From an uncultured Salinisphaerales bacterium (GTDB lineage: Bacteria > Pseudomonadota > Gammaproteobacteria > Nevskiales > Nevskiaceae): a stretch of DNA of 64,000 nucleotides. The translations under genes and the position numbers were made by a program. Of the stretch, positions 54,508 through 63,831 are shown in pieces; position 1 is the first letter of the stretch, and each line of letters opens with the position of its first letter. The notes below the pieces were generated by a model. That model saw nothing but the letters and a program-made list of their open reading frames with translations, did no database searches and had not been told where the DNA came from. The DNA lies in contig CAZDPA010000001.1 in assembly GCA_964507195.1 (NCBI GenBank), positions 19,648 to 83,647 on the forward strand. Reading direction: 5' to 3'.

Positions 54508-54514
54508 GTTCGCG

Positions 54515-56008
54515 ATGACACTCGATCCCGCGGTATTCCGGACTTTGTCCGAGCTGGTTGCGACGCAGGCTGCCACGGCGCCCGAGCGTATCGCGGTGTC
54601 CGATACGGACCAGCGCCTGAACCATGCGGAAGTTCTGCGGCTTGCCGACGGGTTGGCGGCGCACTTGCAGTTGCGCGGTCTGCGTCAAGGGCAGGCAGTA
54701 GCATTGCTCGCCGATTGCTCAGTCGACGCGGTGATCGCCTTGCTAGCCATCACTCGCGCCGGGGGCGTCGTTGTTCCTTTGCCATTGCTGGCCCAAGCGG
54801 ACGCGCGCGCCGCCATGGTTGCTGACAGTGGCGCCGTCATCGTCTTGGCGGATACCGCATGGTTGGGCGAGATTCGGCATCCGACGCTCATCGACATCTC
54901 ACGCGCCTACGACGGTGCGCCACGTAAAGTCGACGTCGAGCCGGATGCGCCATTCGCGATCATTTACTCATCCGGCACGACAGGAACGCCGAAAGGCATC
55001 GTCCACACCCATGCGATGCGCTGGGGCGGCATCGTGGCCGGCCAGCACTTCGGTATAGGCGCGGGCGCAGCAATCCTCATTGCTACACCGCTCTACTCCA
55101 ACACCACTTGGATTACGCTGCTGCCAGCGTTGGCGCTGGGCGCCCATGTGGTTTTGCAGCGGCGCTTCAATACGCCTGAGTTTCTGGCGGTCAGCGCGAC
55201 GAATCACATTACGCACTGCGTCCTCGTGCCGACTCAGTACGAACGTCTGCTCGCTGACCCGGCCTTCGACAGTGCCAGCCTTCAGAGTTACCGGCTGAAG
55301 CTCTGTACTGGCTCGCATTGCCCGGCTGAGCTGAAGAAAAAAGTGATGGACCGCTGGCCCGGTGAGTTCGTTGAGATATACGGGTTGACCGAAGGAGGCG
55401 GTGTCAGCCTGCTGTCGGCGCACGACCATCCCGATAAGTTACATACGGTTGGCAGGCCGCTGGCCGGGCACGAATTTCGGATCATTGACGAAGATGGCGT
55501 TGAGCTGCCGGTGGGTGCACGCGGCGAGCTGGTGAGCCGATCCCCCAGCGCAGCTGCCGATTACAACCGAGCGCCCGAGGCGACCAGGGAGTCCCGCTGG
55601 TCCGACACCAGTGGCCGGAGCTACCTGCGGACGGGTGATATAGGGCATTTCGACAACGATGGCTTCCTGAGCATCGTCGGTCGGCGCAAAGACATGATCA
55701 TCTCGGGTGGTTTCAACATCTATCCGCAGGACATCGAGCAGATTCTTTTGAGCCACCCCAAGGTGCTCGATGTAGCGGTCGTCGCAGCGCCGTCTTTACT
55801 GTGGGGTGAAACGCCGTATGCATTCGTCACGCTGAGCGACTTGTCAGCCGCGGCTCCGAGTCGTGAAAGCTTGCTCGCCTGGGCCAACGCGCAACTCGGC
55901 AGGAACCAGCGAATTACCGCGTTGGAGATTCTGGCAGACATGCCGCGCAACGCCATGGGAAAAATCCTGCAAAGCGAGCTGCGCGAGTTGGCCAAGGCGC
56001 CTCTCTGA
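54515..56008 (+). CDS. AMP-dependent synthetase/ligase (acyl-CoA synthetase family)
   Basis: IIYSSGTTGTPKGIVHTH AMP-binding motif, plus YGLTEGG and GDIGHFDNDGFLSIVGRRKDMIISGGFNIYP. Confidence 0.92.
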   Translation: MTLDPAVFRTLSELVATQAATAPERIAVSDTDQRLNHAEVLRLADGLAAHLQLRGLRQGQAVALLADCSVDAVIALLAITRAGGVVVPLPLLAQADARAAMVADSGAVIVLADTAWLGEIRHPTLIDISRAYDGAPRKVDVEPDAPFAIIYSSGTTGTPKGIVHTHAMRWGGIVAGQHFGIGAGAAILIATPLYSNTTWITLLPALALGAHVVLQRRFNTPEFLAVSATNHITHCVLVPTQYERLLADPAFDSASLQSYRLKLCTGSHCPAELKKKVMDRWPGEFVEIYGLTEGGGVSLLSAHDHPDKLHTVGRPLAGHEFRIIDEDGVELPVGARGELVSRSPSAAADYNRAPEATRESRWSDTSGRSYLRTGDIGHFDNDGFLSIVGRRKDMIISGGFNIYPQDIEQILLSHPKVLDVAVVAAPSLLWGETPYAFVTLSDLSAAAPSRESLLAWANAQLGRNQRITALEILADMPRNAMGKILQSELRELAKAPL

Positions 56009-56049
56009 TGCATCACCAATCTTGTTCCCTGAAGAGGAAGTTGAGTTCC

Positions 56050-58557
56050 ATGAAACCGACTTGTTTGTCGACGGCGATTGCACTAGTCCTGCTCACGGCG
56101 AACACACCATCCCATGCGCAGACCGCTGATTCACCGGCTGACACGGACATGCTGACCGCGGACGGTGCAGCTTCCGGCGCCGGCGAAGATAGCGAGATTG
56201 CCGTGATCCCGGTCGAGCCGCTGGACGTGGCTGCCGAGCCGGTGCCGGCGCCGCCGACCGACGGCGTTGTGCGGCTGGAAGAGATTGTTGTCACTGCTCA
56301 GAAGCGCAAGCAATCGCTGCAGGACGTGCCAGTCTCAGTCTCAGTTATCAACCAGGATCAGCTGGAAAGCCAGAACATCACCGATGTTTCTGATCTGGCC
56401 CGTGCCATCCCTTCGGTTGAGATCAATGGTCCGTCTGGCAATTACAACAGCAAGATGAGCATCCGTGGGCTATCGACGGAATCCTACAGCCGCACGGCGG
56501 AGCAGGCTGTGTCGTTCGTTCTTGATGGCGTCGTCCTCGGCAAGGCGCCGACGACAACATTGTTCGACATTGATCACGTTGAGGTCCTTCGTGGACCGCA
56601 AGGCACGTTGTTCGGAAAGAATGCATCCGCAGGCGTCGTCAGCATTGTCACTAACGCGCCGAATCCCGGCGGCTTCGATGCTGCGGCCCGAATTGATCTG
56701 GGATCCGAGTACGGGTATCGCCTCCTGCAGGGGGCCGTCAATATCCCGATCAGCTATACATCGGCGTTGCGCATAAATGTCGGCCAGACCTACTACACCG
56801 GGTTTATCCACAACAATGCGCGAGACGCGGACAATGAACAGGATACACAGGGCGTGCGTGCGCGCTTTCTATGGGACATCACCGACGATCTGACGCTGAA
56901 TCTGATCGCCGACTTCGAGAAGCAGTTTGTCAGCGAGCAGACCTATCTCCTATTCCGCGAGTACGTGGATCGCGATACGCAGGAACCGCAGCCGCTGCCG
57001 GACTGCGGCGGCGCGTACGCCACGCCGGACAATCTCATCTCCTGTAATGGCGATCCAAACTTCGCCGACCGCAAGGCCTATGGGTACTCAGCGCAGCTAG
57101 ATTGGTCAATTGGGGACTACACCATTACTTCCATCAGTGCGCTGCGTCATTACGAGGAGCACAGCGAAGCGGATGTCGATGGCCTGCCCGGCGACTACTT
57201 CCGCAACGGCAACATCTACGACAACCGCGTCCTGTCTCACGAGATCCGTCTAGCCTCGCCGGCGGAGGATCAACTCAGCTATGTTTTTGGCCTCTACTAC
57301 TTCGACACCGAGATTCCAAACCTTCTGAATCAGACCATCGGCACAGATGGCGTCGTAGCCGTTGCGGCCGGTGCATTGGGCATCGCTCTGTGTGCAGATT
57401 ACGGAATATGCCTGGGGGAGGCGGTGGCGGTAGAGCAGCCGAATGAGTTCGTCGCCAAGATTCGCAGCGAGGCGGCTTTCGGCGAACTGACCTATCGTCT
57501 CAGCGACGATCTGCGGGTCATCGCAGGCGGGCGCTACACACGCGATGATGTCGATCTCGTCGGTGCGGCGTACGCTGGCTTCGGCTCCCAATTCGGTCTG
57601 CTGGATATCGTGCTTTCGCAGATTCCGATAATTACGGTCACAGAACTAGCAGCTCGCGAAAAGGTCAGCAACTTTTCGTGGAAGCTTGGTGTCCAGTTCG
57701 ACTTCAGTCCCGACATCATGACTTACTTCACGGCATCTGAAGGCTATAAGGGGCCGCAGATCGTATTCGTCCCGCCGGTGCTTGCACCGGCAGTCAACAA
57801 TGGGGCGGTGACCCGTCCGCACGAGGCTTACACCAGCATTGTGCGGCCAGAGTATCCGCGAGCCTACGAGCTTGGTATCAAGACGCGCCTGTTCGATGGC
57901 GCGTTGATTGCCAATGCCAGCTTGTTCCATACGACTGTCAAGGACTATCAGTCTTCGCAGTTCAACGACAACGCTGAATTTGTGCCGATCAATATCTCCG
58001 AAGTCGTCTCCCAGGGCTTCGAACTCGATGTCATGGGCTTCCTCGCAGAGGGCTGGAGGATTGGTACAGGATTGCTGCTAAACAAGGCGACCTACCCGGA
58101 TGGCTACAGATGGCCTTGCACGCAGATGATCAGGGGTTGCGAGGGTACGAGTGCCAACGATCTGCAGGATATCGGTGGCGAGCAACTGGCTGTGGCACCG
58201 AAGGTCAAGGTGACCTTCTCCTCCGAATATGAACGGCAACTGTTCAGCTTCGCCAAGGGGTTCGTCAGCACCGACGTGGTCTTTCGCAGCTCCACCCGCT
58301 TCATGCCAAACTTCGATACGCGCACCCAGGTCGGCGACCGCACGGTGGTCGGTGCGCGGCTCGGTCTACGAAGCTTGGAAGCAAAATGGGAGCTGTCGCT
58401 GTTTGGTCGCAACCTCACAAACGAGCACAATCCGACGTACGTCATCGCGCCATACCTTGTCGATGAACTCAGCGCACCTGACAAGGATACCGTCGGCCAT
58501 GTGCTGAGTACCGAATCGTTTCGCTTTTTTGGCATATCTGCGGCCGTTCGCTTCTGA
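56050..58557 (+). CDS. TonB-dependent receptor
   Basis: The ATG at 56050 (MKPTCLSTAIALVLLTANTPSHAQT signal peptide) is preferred over the track start at 56008. LEEIVVTAQKRKQSLQDVPVSVSVI and HVEVLRGPQGTLFGKNASAG motifs. Terminal Phe (AAVRF). Confidence 0.92.
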   Translation: MKPTCLSTAIALVLLTANTPSHAQTADSPADTDMLTADGAASGAGEDSEIAVIPVEPLDVAAEPVPAPPTDGVVRLEEIVVTAQKRKQSLQDVPVSVSVINQDQLESQNITDVSDLARAIPSVEINGPSGNYNSKMSIRGLSTESYSRTAEQAVSFVLDGVVLGKAPTTTLFDIDHVEVLRGPQGTLFGKNASAGVVSIVTNAPNPGGFDAAARIDLGSEYGYRLLQGAVNIPISYTSALRINVGQTYYTGFIHNNARDADNEQDTQGVRARFLWDITDDLTLNLIADFEKQFVSEQTYLLFREYVDRDTQEPQPLPDCGGAYATPDNLISCNGDPNFADRKAYGYSAQLDWSIGDYTITSISALRHYEEHSEADVDGLPGDYFRNGNIYDNRVLSHEIRLASPAEDQLSYVFGLYYFDTEIPNLLNQTIGTDGVVAVAAGALGIALCADYGICLGEAVAVEQPNEFVAKIRSEAAFGELTYRLSDDLRVIAGGRYTRDDVDLVGAAYAGFGSQFGLLDIVLSQIPIITVTELAAREKVSNFSWKLGVQFDFSPDIMTYFTASEGYKGPQIVFVPPVLAPAVNNGAVTRPHEAYTSIVRPEYPRAYELGIKTRLFDGALIANASLFHTTVKDYQSSQFNDNAEFVPINISEVVSQGFELDVMGFLAEGWRIGTGLLLNKATYPDGYRWPCTQMIRGCEGTSANDLQDIGGEQLAVAPKVKVTFSSEYERQLFSFAKGFVSTDVVFRSSTRFMPNFDTRTQVGDRTVVGARLGLRSLEAKWELSLFGRNLTNEHNPTYVIAPYLVDELSAPDKDTVGHVLSTESFRFFGISAAVRF

Positions 58558-58579
58558 GACTCTGCGATACTTGTGCTCT

Positions 58580-59254
58580 ATGCTCAGTCCAAGAAAAAAG
58601 CCCTTGACGCCGCGCAAGCGTCCGATCAAGGCCAAGGCGACCCTCAAGGACGTCCAACGCGAGGCCACACAAGCGGCGATCCTGCAGGCCGCGCTGGCTA
58701 GCTTTTCGGAACATGGATTCGCAGGAAGCTCGACACGCGATATCGCCGCGATGGCCAAGGTCCACCATGCGTTGATCAAGTACCACTTCAAGACCAAAGA
58801 AGCGCTCTGGCAGGCGGCGGTCGAGTTTCTTTTCGTCCGCCAGGATCAGGAGCTTCGCGCCGAGGCACAGGCGAGCCCGATGCGCACGGCGCGTGATCGT
58901 CGCGAGGCGGTGCGCGCGGCGCTGCGCCACTACATCTTGTATTGCGCGCGCCACCCGGAGCATGCGCGAATCATGATGCAGGAGAGCATGCGCGAAACCC
59001 CGCGCCTACGCTGGGTGGTGGACAAGTACATCCGCGGTGCCGCGGAATCGTCACGTCACTTCATTCGGGCTCTCAAGCGCGAGACACCATTTGCCGATGT
59101 GTCCGATCTCGCGCTCAACTATATGATCGCTGGCGCCGCGCAGTCGCTGTACACCCTGGCACCGGAGGTCAAACGGATATGGGGCGCTGACCCAACGGAT
59201 CCCAAGATCGTCAATGATCACATCGATGCGATGCTGAAAGTCTTTGTCCCTTAA
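58580..59254 (+). CDS. TetR family transcriptional regulator
   Basis: HTH region REATQAAILQAALASFSEHGFAGSSTRDIAAMAKVHHALIKYHFKTKEALW. The ATG at 58580 avoids overlap with the TBDR gene. Confidence 0.85.
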   Translation: MLSPRKKPLTPRKRPIKAKATLKDVQREATQAAILQAALASFSEHGFAGSSTRDIAAMAKVHHALIKYHFKTKEALWQAAVEFLFVRQDQELRAEAQASPMRTARDRREAVRAALRHYILYCARHPEHARIMMQESMRETPRLRWVVDKYIRGAAESSRHFIRALKRETPFADVSDLALNYMIAGAAQSLYTLAPEVKRIWGADPTDPKIVNDHIDAMLKVFVP

Positions 59255-59325
59255 GGCGCACGCCGTGCTGCGCATCGAGTTGCAGATCCCTCCAGTCCAT
59301 TCGTATCAGCTGATAGCAGGCGAGC

Positions 59326-61281
59326 ATGTCCAATTCCTCCGCGGCGCAGTGGGTCAAAACCCGCGGCCGCCATTTTGTTGATGATCACGGCCGCCAGCTG
59401 ATCCTGCGCGGCATCAATCTTGGCGGCGACGCGAAAGTTCCTTACCCGTACGGAGGAACCGAGAATCCCAGCGATTTTTCGGATCACCACAGTGTGTCTT
59501 TCGTCGGGCGACCATTTCCGGAAGACGAGGCCGACATCCATCTGGCGCGATTACGCCTTTGGGGTTTCAAAATTCTGCGCCTGGTCATCACCTGGGAGGC
59601 GGTCGAGCATGCCGGTCCTGGGCAATATGACCTGGCTTACATTGAGTATCTGAGGCGCCTCTGCGAATGCGCGGCGCAGCACGATCAAGCAGTCTTCATT
59701 GACTTTCACCAGGATGTCTGGAGCCGCATGAGCGGCGGCAGCGGTGCGCCTGGCTGGATCTTCGACGCACTGGGCATGGATCTGACTCGCTTCGATGCGG
59801 CAGATGCTGCGCTTACCATGCAGCAGCGCTACGACTACAGCAGCAGCACGGCGGTGCAGAACGAGCACTATGCGCCAATGAGTTGGCCCTGCAACTACGA
59901 CATGGCTGTCAATGGCATTGTCTGGAGCGCTTTCTGGCTGGGTCAGCGCTTGACACCGGCATGGCACGTTAACGGCGAGAATGTGCAGCGTTATCTGCAG
60001 AGGCACTTTCTCGGCGCCATGAGTGCCGTCGCCGAGCGCCTCGTCGATCTGCCAAATGTCATCGGCTTCGACAGTCTTAACGAGCCTGGTACCGGTTGGA
60101 TAGGTCAGCGCATGACGGAGAGTCCCGGCGAGCCCTCGCCGCTGCGGGCCGGCTTGCGCTGGACTGCGTTCGACGCCCTGAAAGCGGCCTCCGGCCTGTC
60201 GACGACGTTGCAATGCACCGTGGCCAACGCCGCAAGGACGCAGATTGAAAAGACCGTCGAGGTGCTGATCAATCCACATGCTATATCGATCTGGAAGCCT
60301 GGTGTTCAATGTCCCTATGCGATGTCTGGCGCCTGGTCTATGCAGGGTGAAGCCTCAGTGATCGATGCAGATTTCTTTCGCATCCAAAACGACGAGGTGC
60401 TCGATGTCGAACGCCACGGTATGCAGCCGTTTTTTCGCGACGTTGCTACGACGATTCGCCAGCTAAGGCCAGAGTGGCTGCTGTTTGCCGAAATCAATCC
60501 GGGAGCAACTGCAACCGGCCGCAGCTTTCCGGAGTACATGCCGGACAACTGGGTCAATGCCAGCCACTGGTATGACGTGAAGCTGTTATGGAGCAAGCAG
60601 TTCAAGTTCGATCTGAGCGACACGGATCGGGAATCACTGTTCCAGCGCTATTGCGGGCAGCTCGGCTATCTGCAGAATCTTGGGGAGCACTCCGGTCACG
60701 AGGTGCCCGCGCTGATCGGCGAGTTCGGTACACCGTACGATCTCGACGGCGGAGAAGCGTTTTGCCGTTGGGCAGAAGGAGAACGCGGCGACCGCTTGTG
60801 GGCGTCGCACACTCTAGCGCTGAGCCTGATGTACGACGCCATGGATGCGCTGCATCTGTCATCGACGCAATGGAACTACACGGCCAGCAACCGGAACGAC
60901 TTGCGTATCGGTGACCGCTGGAACCAAGAGGATCTTTCAATCTATTCCGAGGATCAGCGAACCAGTGACGATGATCCGTACTCCGGAGCGCGCGCGGCAA
61001 AGGGTTTTTGCCGGCCGTATGCTCAAGCCATCCAGGGTACGCTGCGCGAAATCCGAGTATGGACGGAGCCAGCTCAGCTGAAGCTGCAGTACGATGCGGA
61101 CGCGCTCGTCGCGCGTCCTACAGTGATCTACGTCCCGCCGCACTACGGGGATGCGGTGCTTCCCGAAGTGACCGGCGTTCAATGCGAAATTCTTTTCGAC
61201 GCAGCGAAGCGTGAGCTGAGCTTGTTGGCTTCGTCTTCAGGCCGAGTTGACCTGTGGCTGTGCGCGGAGGCCCGCGCCTAG
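59326..61281 (+). CDS. Glycoside hydrolase family 5 (cellulase-superfamily) protein
   Basis: GINLGG..., WGFKILRLVITWEAVEH, acid/base context FDSLNEPG and nucleophile context LIGEFGTP are typical of GH5. 651 aa. No obvious signal peptide. Confidence 0.75.
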   Translation: MSNSSAAQWVKTRGRHFVDDHGRQLILRGINLGGDAKVPYPYGGTENPSDFSDHHSVSFVGRPFPEDEADIHLARLRLWGFKILRLVITWEAVEHAGPGQYDLAYIEYLRRLCECAAQHDQAVFIDFHQDVWSRMSGGSGAPGWIFDALGMDLTRFDAADAALTMQQRYDYSSSTAVQNEHYAPMSWPCNYDMAVNGIVWSAFWLGQRLTPAWHVNGENVQRYLQRHFLGAMSAVAERLVDLPNVIGFDSLNEPGTGWIGQRMTESPGEPSPLRAGLRWTAFDALKAASGLSTTLQCTVANAARTQIEKTVEVLINPHAISIWKPGVQCPYAMSGAWSMQGEASVIDADFFRIQNDEVLDVERHGMQPFFRDVATTIRQLRPEWLLFAEINPGATATGRSFPEYMPDNWVNASHWYDVKLLWSKQFKFDLSDTDRESLFQRYCGQLGYLQNLGEHSGHEVPALIGEFGTPYDLDGGEAFCRWAEGERGDRLWASHTLALSLMYDAMDALHLSSTQWNYTASNRNDLRIGDRWNQEDLSIYSEDQRTSDDDPYSGARAAKGFCRPYAQAIQGTLREIRVWTEPAQLKLQYDADALVARPTVIYVPPHYGDAVLPEVTGVQCEILFDAAKRELSLLASSSGRVDLWLCAEARA

Positions 61282-62063
61282 TCGCTTTCCAGCAGAAAGT
61301 TGCGTAACACGGCGTTGAATGCTTCGGGGCGTTCCACTGGCAGTGCGTGGCGCGAGTCCGCGACTATGACATGGCGCGCGTTTGTCAGTCTTGCGACATA
61401 CGCTTCTTTGCGGGAGATTGGCCAGTAGTCCTGATCCGCGCTGACGACCAGAACGGGGCAGTGAATATCGCTAAGGCGTGCTGTCAGGTCAGTACCCATC
61501 ACAGCGTTCAGGGCTGCCAGATACGGCGCGACACTGTTGTTGGCGAAACGTCGCTCAAAATCTGCGCGCAGTTCGACGTGGGACGCGTCAGGCAACAGGC
61601 GTTTGGCGAGGATGCGGCCGAATGGCTTCAGGCCAACAGTGCGAATGAGTAGGCGGCGCTGCCAAAGTTGAAGTCGCTCTATGAACCGCTGCGGCCTGAG
61701 GTCCGGTCCGCTGTTGACGACAACCAGTCGCCTGACCAGCGTTGGATAGTCGGCGGCCAACTGCAGGCTGACCATGCCGCCCAGAGATAGACCGACCAAG
61801 TCCACCGGTCCGGTCTTCAAGGTTTGCAGCAGATCGGCGACGTCCTTGGCGAGCATCTGAGTCGAATAGGGGCCGGCCGGTCGCTGCGAACGTCCGTGAC
61901 CACGCAGATCCATCGTGATCACCTGACGATTGCTCGTAAAGGCTGGAACCTGCGCAGCCCAGTCATGTGCAGATGAGCCGAGCCCGTGCACAAAGACCAG
62001 AGGAGCGCCGGACCCCAGCACCTCGTAGTACAACTGAATTCCGTTGATTTCAGCGTCGCTCAT
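61278..62063 (-). CDS. Alpha/beta hydrolase
   Basis: VFVHGLGSSAHDW and nucleophile elbow GLSLGG. 261 aa. Confidence 0.88.
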   Translation of the reverse strand: MSDAEINGIQLYYEVLGSGAPLVFVHGLGSSAHDWAAQVPAFTSNRQVITMDLRGHGRSQRPAGPYSTQMLAKDVADLLQTLKTGPVDLVGLSLGGMVSLQLAADYPTLVRRLVVVNSGPDLRPQRFIERLQLWQRRLLIRTVGLKPFGRILAKRLLPDASHVELRADFERRFANNSVAPYLAALNAVMGTDLTARLSDIHCPVLVVSADQDYWPISRKEAYVARLTNARHVIVADSRHALPVERPEAFNAVLRNFLLESD

Positions 62064-62091
62064 CGTTGGCCCTGCAGAGTTCGGTTCCTCG

Positions 62092-62117
62092 ATAACATGT
62101 TATACAATTGCATAACA
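62092..62117. promoter_or_regulatory. Nested palindromes built from ATAACA half-sites (operator candidate)
   Basis: ATAACATGTTAT (62092-62103) is a perfect 12-bp palindrome. It overlaps TGTTATACAATTGCATAACA (62098-62117), a 20-bp palindrome with one mismatched pair. Located between the divergent hydrolase and symporter genes. Confidence 0.5.
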
Positions 62118-62165
62118 TATACAAGCAACCGCGGTGCACGCGATGCGCGGGGCCGCTTGAAGTAG

Positions 62166-63560
62166 TTGATGAACTACGATGGAGCGGAGATGCGATCTAC
62201 AACAATGAGTCTGGGTCGACGAATAGCACTGGGCGCGGGTGACTTCGGCTTCAATCTCTACTGGCAGCTTGCCGGGATGTACCTTCTGTATTTCTATACA
62301 GATGGGGGGGGATGGCGGCCCGCCGTAGCCGGGACGATCTATATGGCCGCGCTGATCTGGGACGCCATTTTGGATCCCCTTATTGGTAGCATGGTCGACC
62401 GAACACGAAGCCGACACGGGCGTTATAGACCCTATCTAATGTTTGGCGGATTTCCTTTGGCCGCTGTTTTCGTAGTGATGCTGTTTCAGCCCGAAGGAAC
62501 TCACGCGGGAGCAACGTGGTTCGCCGCGTTTCTTCACGGCAGTTTCCGAACCCTGTATGCGTTAGTCGCCATCCCATACGCGTCGATGTTTGCTCGGGTC
62601 ACGCGCGATGCGCGCCTACGAGCGGATCTCGCAGGATTTCGGATGATGTTCGCAACGGCAGCCGCAATCTCAGTAGCAAGTGGCACGCTGCCACTTGTGC
62701 ACGGCCTGGCTACTCCAGAAGATCCCCGTCGCGGTTGGATCATTCTGGCGGCGCTTTTCGGAGGAATCGCCCTGCTGTTGTTCCAGCTAGTTGCCTGGGC
62801 GACAAAAGGTTACGACCTTTCAGAGGTAGAAACTGAGCCGCGGCCGCTACTGCGAGCATCTATTCAATCGCTGACTCAGAACCGAGCTCTCATACTAATT
62901 CTATGTGCCGTGATGATCTCGGCACTCTGCAACACTCTGTTCGGAAAAAATCTGTTGTACTACTTCAAGTACGTTGTTGGACGCGAAGACCTGGGGGGTC
63001 TCGCGCTATCGGTCGCGGCTGCGTCTACCGCTTTGTTTGTTCCGGTGTTCACTGTCTTGGCGCGTACCATTGGCAAGCGCGCCGCGTGGCTCTGCGGCGG
63101 CGTTCCTGGGCTTTTTGGACTTGTCGTTTGGCATATGTCAGACGGCATGGGGACTACCTATCTATTCGCTGCCTTGGCTCTCTGCGGCGTGGGGTCTGCA
63201 TCGGCGGCGGTATGCTTTTGGTCAATGCTGCCGGATACGGTGGAGTACGGTGAATGGAAAAGTGGCCTTCGCACCGAATCCCTGGTATTTGGGGTAGCTA
63301 TCCTCGGGCAAAAGTTAGCGCTCGGACTTGGTGCAGGCCTTCTTGGCATGCTTCTCGGCCAAATCGGGTACGTTGCAAATTCCGCGCAGACGCCAGCCAC
63401 CATTGCGGCCATCAAGTCGATGATGTTCTGGATCCCTTTCCTCGGCGGGGCTGCCTCTATGCTTCTCATCTCCTTGTATCCAATAACATTGGATTTCCAT
63501 CGTCGAATCGTTAGTGAAATTGCAGCGAAGCAAGTCGCCCGGAAGCCAGAATACAGCTGA
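62166..63560 (+). CDS. Glycoside-pentoside-hexuronide (GPH)/MFS family sugar:cation symporter
   Basis: GAGDFGFNLYWQLAGMYLLYFYTD and DPLIGSMVDRTRSRHGRYRPYL are GPH-family signatures. About 12 TM helices. Start uncertain; in-frame ATGs also lie at 62190 and 62205. Confidence 0.85.
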   Translation: MMNYDGAEMRSTTMSLGRRIALGAGDFGFNLYWQLAGMYLLYFYTDGGGWRPAVAGTIYMAALIWDAILDPLIGSMVDRTRSRHGRYRPYLMFGGFPLAAVFVVMLFQPEGTHAGATWFAAFLHGSFRTLYALVAIPYASMFARVTRDARLRADLAGFRMMFATAAAISVASGTLPLVHGLATPEDPRRGWIILAALFGGIALLLFQLVAWATKGYDLSEVETEPRPLLRASIQSLTQNRALILILCAVMISALCNTLFGKNLLYYFKYVVGREDLGGLALSVAAASTALFVPVFTVLARTIGKRAAWLCGGVPGLFGLVVWHMSDGMGTTYLFAALALCGVGSASAAVCFWSMLPDTVEYGEWKSGLRTESLVFGVAILGQKLALGLGAGLLGMLLGQIGYVANSAQTPATIAAIKSMMFWIPFLGGAASMLLISLYPITLDFHRRIVSEIAAKQVARKPEYS

Positions 63561-63612
63561 CGAGTGGAAGCACCGCATCCTGTCGGCCGTTGTTTTTGGA
63601 AGAATAGAGAGT

Positions 63613-63831
63613 TCAGCCACAGCTCCCCATTGGGAATTCGCGGTACGCCTCCGGATCGTCGTCTTTGTCTTCGTCGAACAATTCGTCGCCGAAGATCAAG
63701 GGCATGCTCGAGCCATTCGATCCATAGGCTTTTGATGAGCAACCGGTGCGGTTCGAAAATCCGAAACCGCGACAGACACGGTTGCTCACGAAAATGGTCT
63801 GAATATTCCGGAATCGGCTATTTTTGTTCAT
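63613..63831 (-). CDS. Small hypothetical protein with acidic C-terminal segment
   Basis: 72-aa ORF whose ATG (63831-63829) overlaps the stop of the upstream peptidase gene (ATGA). Contains DELFDEDKDDDPEAY. No homology recognised. Confidence 0.3.
   Translation of the reverse strand: MNKNSRFRNIQTIFVSNRVCRGFGFSNRTGCSSKAYGSNGSSMPLIFGDELFDEDKDDDPEAYREFPMGSCG

Noticed and set aside
58568-58574. Isolated TACTTGT half-site just before the second TetR start
   Set aside because: No partner ACAAGTA lies at the expected 8-nt spacing. A single 7-mer is expected by chance.
59304-59315. 12-bp palindrome TATCAGCTGATA 10 nt upstream of the GH5 start codon
   Set aside because: It is short, occupies the position where the ribosome-binding site should be, and has no second copy. 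That is insufficient to call an operator.
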